Of a stretch of 64,000 nt of DNA, positions 53,121 through 64,000 are shown one piece after another. The position numbers were made by a program, and so were the translations under genes. The notes beneath the pieces were generated by a model, which saw nothing but the letters and a program-made list of their open reading frames with translations, had not been told where the DNA came from and did no database searches. Positions within the stretch are counted from its first letter, which is position 1; the number at the start of each line of letters is the position of its first letter. This DNA is from an uncultured Trueperaceae bacterium. Its GTDB lineage: Bacteria; Deinococcota; Deinococci; Deinococcales; Trueperaceae. The DNA lies in the NCBI GenBank assembly GCA_963727505.1, contig CAVSGP010000004.1:352001-416000 (forward strand). The letters run 5' to 3'.

Positions 53121-54116
53121 TCAGTGCAACAGGGTCATGGGGTCGACGGCACGACCGTGCACGTGCACCTCGAAGTGGACGTGCGGTCCGGTCGAGATGC
53201 CCGTCGACCCTTCGCGACCGATGATCGCGCCCTGGTCGACGTACTCGCCCACGCGCACCAGGATCTTGCTGAAGTGCCCGTACCACGTCTCGTCGCCGTC
53301 CGGATGCCGGATCCTCACCAGATTTCCGTACCCCTCGGTCGACCAGCCCGCGAACACCACCACGCCCGAACGTGAGGCGTGGACCGGCGTTCCCCACGGC
53401 GCCGCGATGTCGATACCGCGGTGGAAGTTGGAGGTACCCATGCCGAGGTGCCGGGGCCCGTAGGGGGAGGTGATGCGCCCCTGGATCGGCCAGATGAAGC
53501 GGTGCTCGGCCTCGCGCACCTTCTTGAGTCGGGCGAGCGCCTGGGTCGGCTGGACGCCCGGAAGGAACAGCATCATGCCCGGCTGAACGTCGAACGGCGA
53601 ACGCAGGTGGTTGGCCCGGGCAACGGTGGCGGGATCGACGTGGTACTCCGCCAGCACGTCAGCCAGCGACGTTCCGGCCTCGAGCGTGACCACCAGCCCC
53701 TCGCGCGGCGGGATGAGGAGGTCTACGCCGGCCGGCAGGCTGTCGAGTGACGAGATGGTGGGATTGGCGCCGACGAGCGCCTCCAGGCTGAGCCCGTATG
53801 CGGTCGCCACCGACGACAACGTCTCCCCCGGCCTCAGCGTGTGCCAGCTGAAGCCGGGCGGGGTGCGGGGGCCGGCTTCGACCGGTCCGCCGATCGCCTC
53901 GACGTAAGGGATCTTGAGGGCTTCGCCCGGTCGGATGACCGACCCGTTGAGGTCGTTGGCCGCCATCAGGGCGTCCACCGAGATGCGGTAGTCCGATGCG
54001 ATCGACCCCAGGGACTCGCCCGGTCGAACGGTGTGCAGCGCGTAACCGTCGGCAACGGCAACAGGCGCCAGCAGGAAGAGAGCCATAGTGGCCCATGCAA
54101 CGATTCGGTGCTGCAA
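53121..54116 (-). CDS. LysM-repeat M23 family peptidoglycan endopeptidase
   Basis: Signal peptide, LysM repeats (HTVRPGESL, HTLRPGETL), HRGID, YGH, GISTGPHVHFEV. Confidence 0.92.
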   Translation of the reverse strand: MQHRIVAWATMALFLLAPVAVADGYALHTVRPGESLGSIASDYRISVDALMAANDLNGSVIRPGEALKIPYVEAIGGPVEAGPRTPPGFSWHTLRPGETLSSVATAYGLSLEALVGANPTISSLDSLPAGVDLLIPPREGLVVTLEAGTSLADVLAEYHVDPATVARANHLRSPFDVQPGMMLFLPGVQPTQALARLKKVREAEHRFIWPIQGRITSPYGPRHLGMGTSNFHRGIDIAAPWGTPVHASRSGVVVFAGWSTEGYGNLVRIRHPDGDETWYGHFSKILVRVGEYVDQGAIIGREGSTGISTGPHVHFEVHVHGRAVDPMTLLH

Positions 54117-54352
54117 CGGTCGTTCCCCTCGTTGGAACTCGCTGGAGATCCAGCTCTGAAGCAATGTACCAGCCTGGGGTTTAGAGAGTGATGAGATGCT
54201 TCATGTTCATGAACCATGCCCGCTGACCGCCCACGGCCAGGTAAGAACGTTCAGTACAACGCAAAGCCTCGGTCGGGGGCCGACGCGAGCGACCGCCGTC
54301 GCTGTGACGCCCGTCACGTTCCGGCCTTCCATCGGCTCGCCGGCCGCCCGGC

Positions 54353-54766
54353 TCACACCTCTGCCGCGCGCCGCTTGGGGACCTCCCGGCGCAGGTACTC
54401 GACCACGGCGTGCGTGTTGGCGCCGGGCGTGAAGATGGCGCCCACGCCCAGGGCTTCCAATGCGGCCCGGTCCTGGTCCGGCACGATGCCGCCGCCGAAC
54501 ACAAGGATGTCCTCGCCGCCGCGCGCGGTCAGGCCCTCCACGACCTCGTTGAAGTAGTGCATGTGGGCGCCGGACAGAACGCTCAGTCCAACTGCATCCA
54601 CATCCTCCTGGATGGCGGCGTTGACGATCATCGGGCCGGTCTGTCGCAACCCCGTGTAGATGACCTCCATGCCTGCGTCGCGCAGGGCGCGGGCGATGAC
54701 CTTGGCTCCGCGGTCGTGGCCGTCCAGGCCGGGTTTCGCGATCAGTACGCGGATGGGTCGTTCCAT
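54353..54766 (-). CDS. Methylmalonyl-CoA mutase small (cobalamin-binding) subunit
   Basis: [13 protein letters not shown] (DxHxxG), [13 protein letters not shown]. Confidence 0.93.
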   Translation of the reverse strand: MERPIRVLIAKPGLDGHDRGAKVIARALRDAGMEVIYTGLRQTGPMIVNAAIQEDVDAVGLSVLSGAHMHYFNEVVEGLTARGGEDILVFGGGIVPDQDRAALEALGVGAIFTPGANTHAVVEYLRREVPKRRAAEV

Positions 54767-54809
54767 GCACACTCCTCGGGCCTTCGCCCCACGGATCCGC
54801 CCAGGCGGA

Positions 54810-56456
<1,647 letters not shown>

Positions 56457-56523
56457 GCGGGCATTATAGGTCCGGGTGGACGTGCGGCCCTGTTTGTACG
56501 GCCCCGAGGGCGCCTCTGCACTC

Positions 56524-57570
56524 TCACGCCGACGCACTCTCGACCGGGTCGAGGCGGCCGCGCGCATCGCCCACGGCGATGGAGGCATCGGACGGCAGGT
56601 CGCGACGGAGCACGGCCAGACCCCACCAGCTTCCGTCCGGAGCGCGCGCCACGCTGCCGAGCCGGCCCACGTCGCGGTCGTCGACGCGCAGACCGCGGTC
56701 CTCGCGCTCGGCCAGCGAGGCCAGCACCGCGCCGGGACCCTCGAGCCGGAGGCGGGCGAGCCCCTTGCGCACGGCGCCGCGTCCCTCGATGCGCGCCATG
56801 ATCTCCTGCCCCAGGTAGCACCCCTTGTGGTACGAGAGCGCGTCCTCCAGGCCGATCTCCTGCGGGAGCGACCCGGAGCCCCCCTCTCGGATCACGCTCG
56901 GGACGCCCCCCAGCACGCGCCCAAGCGTCAGCGCGGGGACGCCTGCCAGGCGCGCGCCGGCCCCGCGCAGCGCGCCGACCACCTCGGGAAGCTGACGCGT
57001 TAGCAGGTGGACGTCGAACCCGCCGGCCCGCGAACGCTTCCGCGCCACGGCCAGCACCTCGGCGTCCCCAACGGCGTAGCGGGCGAACGTTCCAACATCC
57101 GGCGGCGTCCCGAGGGCGCGGGCGAGCACTTCGGCAGCGCCGTTTCCCTGCAGGGTGATCGCGGCGAGTTCAGCGCCGAGATCGTGGATGGTGACGTCGT
57201 CGAACACCACGTGCCCCTCGAGCGACGCGCGCACGGCCTCGCCGCGCCCGTCGTCGACGGCCAGGAAGAGATCGTTCTCGCGGACGCAGAGCACCCCTTC
57301 GCCGACCACCTGGCCGCGCACGTTGAGCTGCAGCGTATGGTTGCATGCACCCGGCGCCAAACCCTCGACGCGGTTGCTGAGCTGACCGTGGAGGAAACCT
57401 GCGCGATCGCCGCCCGTGATCTGCAGCGACGTTAGCGAGAGCAGCGGCACGAGAAGCGCACCGTCGCCCGTGGCGGCGGCAGCGGCCTCGTCCTGGGGAG
57501 CGCCGAAGTGCGCAACGTCCTCGCCTTCGAATGCGGCCCCGAGGTCGCGGTAGAACGCTAGCGGGTCCAT
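56524..57570 (-). CDS. ygfZ: Folate-binding YgfZ/GcvT-like protein
   Basis: [21 protein letters not shown] signature. Confidence 0.88.
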   Translation of the reverse strand: MDPLAFYRDLGAAFEGEDVAHFGAPQDEAAAAATGDGALLVPLLSLTSLQITGGDRAGFLHGQLSNRVEGLAPGACNHTLQLNVRGQVVGEGVLCVRENDLFLAVDDGRGEAVRASLEGHVVFDDVTIHDLGAELAAITLQGNGAAEVLARALGTPPDVGTFARYAVGDAEVLAVARKRSRAGGFDVHLLTRQLPEVVGALRGAGARLAGVPALTLGRVLGGVPSVIREGGSGSLPQEIGLEDALSYHKGCYLGQEIMARIEGRGAVRKGLARLRLEGPGAVLASLAEREDRGLRVDDRDVGRLGSVARAPDGSWWGLAVLRRDLPSDASIAVGDARGRLDPVESASA

Positions 57571-57644
57571 GCCCGCGATTATGCCAGAGCGAAGCCGCTG
57601 CCCGCGCCGCGTGGCCGACGGCACCGCACGCCGGGGTCGCGCCC

Positions 57645-58283
57645 TCAGGGGGTCGCCGGAAGGTCGACCAGAGCGAAGTCGTAGGCGTTCACCACGCGCA
57701 CGCCCTCCTCGGTCACGTACTCGCGGGGCGCATTGGCGCCCGAAAGGTGGACGTGCCCGTGGACGTGCAGCCGCGGTCGCCAGGCCCGCTGGAAGCGGTT
57801 GAAGGCCCCCACGCCGCGGTGCGGGTAGTCCTCTCCCGCATGCGGACCCTTCGGCGGGGCGTGGGTGAGCAGCACGTCGACGGCCCTACCGGTGCGCCAG
57901 CGGTTGTACAGCAGCCGCGGCCCCAGGCGCGCCGTGAACAAGCGCATCTCGAGCTCGGAGTACTGCTGGGGTCCGGGCCGGTAGCGCAGGCAGCCCTCGA
58001 TGCCTGCGACCAGCAACCCTCCGACCTCCACCACGCGGCCGTGCGCGTTCAGGCATCCGCCCGGGAGGCGGGCCACACTCCCGTCGGCCGGGCGCACGTA
58101 GCCATTGCCGTGGTTGCCCAGCACGTAGATCGGCTGCACCCTCGTCTTCGTCGCCACGAACTCGAGCAAATAGCCAGGCAGGTCGCCGGCGGCGAGCACC
58201 GCGTCGAACGGCGGCAGGTTGTCAGGGAAGTTGCGCGAGTAGATGATGGGCGACACCACGTCCGACAGGACCAGGATCTTCAC
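57645..58283 (-). CDS. Metallophosphoesterase
   Basis: ILVLSD, AGD, GNH, THAPP, HGHVH. Confidence 0.88.
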   Translation of the reverse strand: MKILVLSDVVSPIIYSRNFPDNLPPFDAVLAAGDLPGYLLEFVATKTRVQPIYVLGNHGNGYVRPADGSVARLPGGCLNAHGRVVEVGGLLVAGIEGCLRYRPGPQQYSELEMRLFTARLGPRLLYNRWRTGRAVDVLLTHAPPKGPHAGEDYPHRGVGAFNRFQRAWRPRLHVHGHVHLSGANAPREYVTEEGVRVVNAYDFALVDLPATP

Positions 58284-58382
58284 GCGCCCGTCGCCCCCGG
58301 CGCGGGAGCGCCTCGGCGTACGGCGCACGCGATCACGCACGCGCGGCGGGCAGCCCCGCGCACGGCGCGAGGCGCTCGGCGC

Positions 58383-59472
58383 TCAGCCCGTAGCACGGCT
58401 CTGAGCCGCCCACTCCAGACCGGACCAGATCAGGTCGTCGATGTCGCCGTCGAGCACGTGGTCGGGGTCGTGGCGCATGGCGGCCGAACGATGATCCTTG
58501 ACGTACTGCTTGTCCAGCACGTAGCTGCGGATCTGCGAGCCCCACTCGATCGCCTTCTGCTCGCCGCGCGCCTTCGTCTGCTCCTCGCGGCGACGGCGCT
58601 CCTCGCGCTCGAAGAGCCGGCTACGGAGGACCGTCATCGCCTTCTCGCGGTTCTTGATCTGCGACTTGCCGTCCTGGCAGGTCACCACGATCTCTTCGGG
58701 GGTGCCGCTGCGGTACACCACCCGCACCGCGGAATCGGTGGTGTTCACCGACTGCCCGCCGGGGCCGCTCGAGCGGTAGACGTCGACCCGCACGTCCTTG
58801 GGATCGATGTCGATCTGGATGGCCTCGTCGATCTCGGGCATCACCTCGACCGAAGCGAAGCTGGTGTGGCGACGGTTCTGGGCGTCGAACGGGCTGACGC
58901 GCACCAGCCGGTGCACGCCGCTCTCGACCGTGAGCAGCCCGAAGGCGCGTTCGCCGCGCACGATCATCTGCGCATAGTCGATGCCGCTGGGCGCGTCGCT
59001 GTTGCCGACCAGGTCGAGGAGCTCGACCTTGAAGCCGTGCCGCTCGGCGAAACGCCGGTACATGCGGAGCAGCATCCCCGCCCAGTCGGAGGACTCGGTG
59101 CCGCCGGCCCCGGGCTTGACCGTGACGATGGCCGCGGCATCGTCGTGATCCCCGACGAACAGCGCCTCGCGGTAGAGCGTCTCGAGATCCCGCTCGACAC
59201 GCACGCGCTCGCCCTCGAGCTCAGCGACATCCTCGTCGCTGGCGCCCTCCAGCAGCTCCGCCAACCCGTCGACGTCTCCTTCGAGAGATGCGAACGCGTC
59301 GACCACGCGCTTCAGGCGCGTCGCCTCCTGCGTGACCACGCGCGCGCGGTCCGGGTCGTTCCACAGATTGGGGTCGTTCAACTCGGGGTCGAGCTCGCTC
59401 AGCCGGGAGGCCTTCCCAGCCAAGTCAAAGATACCCCCGTAGGGCGTCGAGTCGGGTCTTCAGTTCGTTCAT
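58383..59472 (-). CDS. prfB: Peptide chain release factor 2 with programmed +1 frameshift
   Basis: SPF and GGQ motifs; 15-codon first frame ending CTT TGA C at 59430-59424, preceded by an SD-like GGGGG. Confidence 0.97.
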
Positions 59473-59753
59473 CATCGCCTCCAGCCACGCAGTGTACCCC
59501 ACGCGCGCCCTCACCCCGCCGGCGCTCCACCCGACCGATCCGACGCCGGCCCCCCGTTCCGTCGCCGACGCGAGCCCATCGGTCACGTCAGGCACGGCGA
59601 ACGCACCCGTCTGTGGTATCGTCGCCGTAACGAACGGGTTTCCTGTGCACTCGCACGCGCGAGCGACCGGGTCACGCTCACCACACGCTTCCGCGGCGGC
59701 CGTCTTCGCCCGCGAAGGCCGCTAGCGTACCGAACGAGGGTGGAGGCTAGGGT

Positions 59754-60494
59754 TTGGCTGCACTTAGCGGCTTCCGCGTCCAGGACGTCGTAGACATCCT
59801 CATCATCGCGGTTCTGTTGTATCAGGCATATGTCCTGCTCATCGGTTCCCGCGCCTGGAACGTTCTGAGGGGCCTGCTGGCGTTGGGTGCGCTGTGGTTT
59901 CTGGCCGCACAACTCAAACTCGAGGCTACCAAGTGGCTGTTCGACCGCGTGGCCCCCGTCGGCTTCATCGCTATCGTGGTGGTCTTCCAGCCCGAGCTGC
60001 GGGCCGCGCTGGAACGAGTCGGGCGCGGTCGGCTGACGCGTACCAGCCACGGCGGTCCGGTCCAGGAGATCATGAGCGCCGTGCGTGAGCTCGCCACCCA
60101 GCGCCGCGGCGCCCTCATCGCGGTGGAGCGCCGGACTCCGCTGCGCGAGTACGGCGAATCCGGGACCTCCGTCGGCGCGCCGGTCAGCAGCGCACTGCTG
60201 CAGACCATCTTCGCGTCCAAGGGTCCGCTGCACGACGGCGGCGTGATCGTCCACGAGGACACGGTCACCCACGCCGGCGCCATCTTCCCCCTCTCCGACC
60301 GACACGAGGGCTGGTCCGTCAAGCACGGCACCCGGCACCGGGCGGCGCTCGGACTGTCCGAGGTCACCGACGCGCTGGTCGTCGTCGTCAGCGAGGAACG
60401 CGGAACCGTCAGCATCGCCCGCGGCGGTGAGCTGGTGAGCGACATCGCGCCCGCCGACGTCCTCAAGGCCCTGCGCGAGGTCTACGCGGAATGA
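59754..60494 (+). CDS. cdaA: Diadenylate cyclase CdaA
   Basis: Three TM helices, FQPELR, GALI, PLHDGG, GTRHRAA, VSEERG. Confidence 0.93.
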   Translation: MAALSGFRVQDVVDILIIAVLLYQAYVLLIGSRAWNVLRGLLALGALWFLAAQLKLEATKWLFDRVAPVGFIAIVVVFQPELRAALERVGRGRLTRTSHGGPVQEIMSAVRELATQRRGALIAVERRTPLREYGESGTSVGAPVSSALLQTIFASKGPLHDGGVIVHEDTVTHAGAIFPLSDRHEGWSVKHGTRHRAALGLSEVTDALVVVVSEERGTVSIARGGELVSDIAPADVLKALREVYAE

Positions 60495-61411
60495 TCGTCC
60501 TCAAGCGCATCTTCGGTCTGGCGACCCACAACTGGCCGCAGAAGCTGGGCGCCCTGCTGCTGGCCTTCGTGATGTGGCTGTTCGTCACCACGAGTTCCGT
60601 CACGACGACCCAGCGCAGCCTGCTGGTCCCGCTCACCGTCGAAGGCGTCAACCAGAGCCAGGTCGCGGTCGGGGTCCCGAAGGTCGTGGAGGTCAACGTG
60701 TCGGGCCCCAGCAGCCGCGTCGACCGCCTCAGCCCGGACAGCATCACGGTCACCCTGGACCTCAGCGGGCTCAGCGGCGAGTTCCAGCAACAGATCAACG
60801 CCCAGCCCCCGCGCGGCATCCAGCTGGTGAACGTCTCCCCCAGTGACGTCATCGGCTTCCTCGAGACCGTCGGCAACCGCGACATGGCGCTCACGGTGGC
60901 GCTCGGCGGCAGCCCCCCGGGCAACCAGCTGCTGTCGGTCGTCTCCGATCCCGCCACGGTGACCCTCACAGGGCAGGAACAGCTCCTTCAGAAGGTCGCC
61001 CGCGTCGAGGTCGTGGCGCCCGCCAAGGAAGGTAGCTTCCAGGAGCATCCGTTCGTCGTCGACGATGCCGGGGTGCCCATCAACAACGTGAAGATCGCGC
61101 CCTCGACGGTCACGATCCAGGTGAGCGCGCGCACCGCCATGGTCACCAAGAGCGTGCCCATCGATCTTGCCCAACCCAGTGCGCCCAACCTTCAAGAGGC
61201 GACGCTCAGCCAGCCCGACATCACGCTGACGGGGCCCCCCGACGTGCTCGCGGGCATCGATAGCGTCAAGGGGACGGTACAGCCGCCGACGGGAAACGTG
61301 GACGCCGGCCGGTATACTCTGCCTGTCCGGCTCGAGCTTCCGGCGGGTGTGGCGGCGTTGTCGACCCCCACCGCGGTGTTGAGGTATGCGCCCCCGCCCA
61401 GTAGCCCCTAG
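60491..61411 (+). CDS. cdaR: CdaR (YbbR-domain) regulator
   Basis: NWPQKLGALLLAFVMWLFV anchor; repeated V.VSGP/V.LTG YbbR-like units; coupled to cdaA by ATGA. Confidence 0.85.
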   Translation: MIVLKRIFGLATHNWPQKLGALLLAFVMWLFVTTSSVTTTQRSLLVPLTVEGVNQSQVAVGVPKVVEVNVSGPSSRVDRLSPDSITVTLDLSGLSGEFQQQINAQPPRGIQLVNVSPSDVIGFLETVGNRDMALTVALGGSPPGNQLLSVVSDPATVTLTGQEQLLQKVARVEVVAPAKEGSFQEHPFVVDDAGVPINNVKIAPSTVTIQVSARTAMVTKSVPIDLAQPSAPNLQEATLSQPDITLTGPPDVLAGIDSVKGTVQPPTGNVDAGRYTLPVRLELPAGVAALSTPTAVLRYAPPPSSP

Positions 61412-61438
61412 CTCGAACCCCCTGGAGGACCTGCAGAC

Positions 61439-62104
61439 GTGATCCACCCGATCCGCTACTTCGGCGACCCCGTGTTGCGCCGCCGCGCGCTCCCCGTGAC
61501 GCGCTTCGACGAGGCGCTGGCACGGCTCGCCGACGACATGATCGAAACCATGTACGACGCCGCCGGCGTCGGCCTTGCGGCCCCGCAGATCGGGGTCCCC
61601 AAGCGCCTGTTCGTGGCGCTGGAGCTCGAGCCCGAGGCCGAGGAGGACGAGGTCGGCCAGGAGCTCGTCAGCGCCGACGACGAGGCGCCCATCCCCGAGG
61701 ACGAAACACCCGAGCAGATGCGCCGCCGCCTCGGCGTGGTCGCCGAGCACGTCATGGTCAATCCCTCCTTCCTCGTGCGCGAGGACGTGCAGTACGGCCA
61801 GGACGGCTGCCTCAGCGTGCCCGGCGTGTACGTCGATGCGCTGAAGCGCGACCTGCGGGTGCGTGTGCGTTACCAGGACGTCCGCGGCGCCTGGCATGAG
61901 ACCGACGCCCAGGGACACTTCGGGCACGTCCTCCAGCACGAGTACGACCACCTCGAAGGGGTGCTGTTCTTCGACCGGCTCCCTGACGGCGAGCGCCAGA
62001 CCTTCCTGGAGGAGCACCGCGGCGCGCTCGCCGACATCCAGCGCCAGGCCAAGGCGCTGCTCAAGGAGTTGCGCGCGTCCCCGATCCCGGTGTCGGTACA
62101 GTGA
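61439..62104 (+). CDS. def: Peptide deformylase
   Basis: GVGLAAPQ, GCLS, QHEYDHLEG. Confidence 0.95.
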   Translation: MIHPIRYFGDPVLRRRALPVTRFDEALARLADDMIETMYDAAGVGLAAPQIGVPKRLFVALELEPEAEEDEVGQELVSADDEAPIPEDETPEQMRRRLGVVAEHVMVNPSFLVREDVQYGQDGCLSVPGVYVDALKRDLRVRVRYQDVRGAWHETDAQGHFGHVLQHEYDHLEGVLFFDRLPDGERQTFLEEHRGALADIQRQAKALLKELRASPIPVSVQ

Positions 62105-63066
62105 AGGGCAGCCCCTCCTCGCCCGGGCTCCGCGTCGCGCTGTTCGGGTCGCCCGCCTTCGCGCTGCCGTCGCTCGATGCGCTCGCCGAACGCCATCAGC
62201 TCGCTCTCGTGGTGGCGCAGCCGGACAAGCGCGCCGGCCGAGGGATGCGCCGCTCGTCCCCGCCGACGGTGGAGCGCGCCCGCGCGCTGGGCGTGCCCGT
62301 GCTGCAGCCGGCGCGCCTCAAGGGCAACGAAGAGGTGGCCGAGCGCCTGCGCGGGCTCGATGTCGCAGTCACCGCCGCCTACGGCAAGATCCTGCCGGCC
62401 GGCCTGCTAAGCATCCCCCGCCACGGCTTCCTGAACGTGCACGCCAGCCTGCTCCCCGCCTACCGCGGCGCCGCTCCGGTGCAATGGGCACTCATCCGCG
62501 GCGAGGGCGAGACCGGCATCACCATCATGCAGACCGAGGCCGGCCTCGACACGGGCCCGATCCGCCTGCAGCGACGCCAGCCCATCGCGGCCGACGCGAC
62601 CGCCCCGGAGCTGCTCGCGGCGCTGGCCGACCTCGGGGCACAGGCCCTGCTCGAGGCGCTCGAGCTGCTGGCGGACGGTCGGCTGCCGTGCGAGGCACAG
62701 GACGACGCACAGGCCAGCTACGCCCCGATGCTGACGAAGGAGGACGGACGGATCCGCTGGGACGATCCTTCGGACGCCGTCTACGCCCGTCACCGGGGCG
62801 TGGCCGGCTGGCCGGGGAGTACCTTCGTGCTGGACGGTGAAGCGGTGAAGGTGCCGGCCCTGCGGCCCGCAGCGCGAGGCACGCTCGATGCCCCCGGCTC
62901 TACGCCTCCCGGCACGGTGCTGGCGATCGAGGAGGGCGTGGTGCGCGTCGCCTGCGGTGCCGGAGCGATCGAGCTCGAGCAGGCGCAGAGCGCCGGCCGA
63001 CGGGCCCTGCCGGCACGCGACTGGGCCAACGGCCGCAGGGTGCGGCCGGGGGTGTGCCTTGGCTAG
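62101..63066 (+). CDS. fmt: Methionyl-tRNA formyltransferase
   Basis: FGSPAFA, QPDK, AAYGKIL, NVHASLLPAYRGAAP, WPG. Confidence 0.96.
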   Translation: MKGSPSSPGLRVALFGSPAFALPSLDALAERHQLALVVAQPDKRAGRGMRRSSPPTVERARALGVPVLQPARLKGNEEVAERLRGLDVAVTAAYGKILPAGLLSIPRHGFLNVHASLLPAYRGAAPVQWALIRGEGETGITIMQTEAGLDTGPIRLQRRQPIAADATAPELLAALADLGAQALLEALELLADGRLPCEAQDDAQASYAPMLTKEDGRIRWDDPSDAVYARHRGVAGWPGSTFVLDGEAVKVPALRPAARGTLDAPGSTPPGTVLAIEEGVVRVACGAGAIELEQAQSAGRRALPARDWANGRRVRPGVCLG

Positions 63067-64000
63067 CGTCGCCATCGTTGGCCGCCCCAACGTAGGCAAG
63101 TCGAGCCTGTTCAACCGGCTGGTGGGCCGGCGCGAGGCGATCGTCGCCGATCAGCCCGGTGTCACCCGCGACGTCAAGGAAGCCGACGTCGTCACCGACG
63201 AGGGTCGCGTCTTCCGGCTGCTCGACACCGGCGGCCTGTGGTCGGGCGACGTGTGGGAACAGCCGGTGAAGCGCCGCATCGAGGCCGCTATCGCCGGCAC
63301 CGACCTGGTGCTCCTGTGTGTCGACGGCCGCTTCGGCGTCAGCAACGCCGACCACGAGGTGGCCTCCTGGCTGCGTTCGCTGGGCAAGCCGGTGTTGCTG
63401 GTGGCCACCAAGATCGACGATCCGCGCCACGAGGAGGCGGCCGAGCTGTTCGAGCTCTACGCGCTCGGCTTCGGGACTCCGCTGGCGGTCTCGGCGCTGC
63501 ACGACCGCGGCACCTACGAACTCCTCGACGCCGTCCTCGAGCATCTTCCGAGCGAGGCCGAGGAGGCCGAGGAGGAGGCGGTGCGCGTCGCCATCATCGG
63601 TCGCCCGAACGTCGGCAAGTCGAGCCTGCTGAACGCCCTGATCGGCAGCGAGCGGGTGATCGTGGCCGACGAGCCCGGAACCACGCGCGACAGCGTCGAC
63701 GTGCGCTTCGCCTTCGCGGGTCGGCCGTTCGTGCTGGTCGACACCGCCGGCATCCGCCGCAAGGCCGAGGTCGACGTCGAGTATTACGCCCGACTGCGCT
63801 CCGAGAGTGCGCTGCGGCGCTCCGACGTCGCCATCCTGGTGGTCGACCCGTTCGAGTTCGGCGACCACGAGATGCGCCTGGCGAACCTCGCTTTGAGCTG
63901 GGGCAAGCCGGTGGTGCTGGCGATCAACAAATGGGACCTGGTCACCGATGAGGAGCTGGAGCCCCTGCGTCGCGACATCGACCAGGCGCTGAGTCACCTG
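63059..64000 (+). CDS. der: Ribosome biogenesis GTPase Der (runs off the window edge)
   Basis: TTG GCT AGC GTC GCC ATC GTT GGC CGC CCC AAC; two GRPNVGKSS P-loops, PGVTRD/PGTTRD, DTGG/DTAG, NKWD. Confidence 0.95.
   Translation, partial: MASVAIVGRPNVGKSSLFNRLVGRREAIVADQPGVTRDVKEADVVTDEGRVFRLLDTGGLWSGDVWEQPVKRRIEAAIAGTDLVLLCVDGRFGVSNADHEVASWLRSLGKPVLLVATKIDDPRHEEAAELFELYALGFGTPLAVSALHDRGTYELLDAVLEHLPSEAEEAEEEAVRVAIIGRPNVGKSSLLNALIGSERVIVADEPGTTRDSVDVRFAFAGRPFVLVDTAGIRRKAEVDVEYYARLRSESALRRSDVAILVVDPFEFGDHEMRLANLALSWGKPVVLAINKWDLVTDEELEPLRRDIDQALSHL

Noticed and set aside
54117..54352. c-di-AMP riboswitch upstream of the LysM-M23 gene
   Set aside because: ydaO consensus elements are not recognisable, and the likely -10 leaves a leader of only about 45 nt
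56457..56523. Cobalamin riboswitch ahead of the methylmalonyl-CoA mutase genes
   Set aside because: The gene appears leaderless (TATAAT-N6-ATG) and the intergenic space is too short
58383..59472. prfB as a frameshifted pseudogene
   Set aside because: The shift site is the canonical programmed CTT TGA C

Overview
High-GC core-chromosome window, most likely from a Deinococcota (Trueperaceae-like) bacterium, inferred from apparent DUF1999/DUF3809/DUF3248-type genes and pervasive leaderless TANNNT-N5-8-start promoters. It holds about 65 densely packed, mostly housekeeping CDS: a peptide ABC operon, ddl, a liv-type ABC operon, rsmD, secA, pyrF, fakA/asp23, moaC, truA, hemL, mnmE, htrA, lepB, pgl, glgP, holB, PSP1/ricT, rnhB, truD, mqnP, a split methylmalonyl-CoA mutase, frameshifted prfB, and cdaA-cdaR-def-fmt-der. 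I found no rRNA, tRNA, transposase, integrase or cas gene. The most unusual element is a CRISPR-like array (36-nt repeat, 29-30-nt spacers) directly after secA, whose repeats are copies of the last 9 codons of secA differing only synonymously. Other notable features are an attenuator-like leader (leaderless uORF plus terminator) before a zinc-ribbon gene, leaderless micro-ORFs coupled to ddl and rsmD, and genes that appear to need non-canonical starts. Family calls come from motif recognition by eye, not from database searches.
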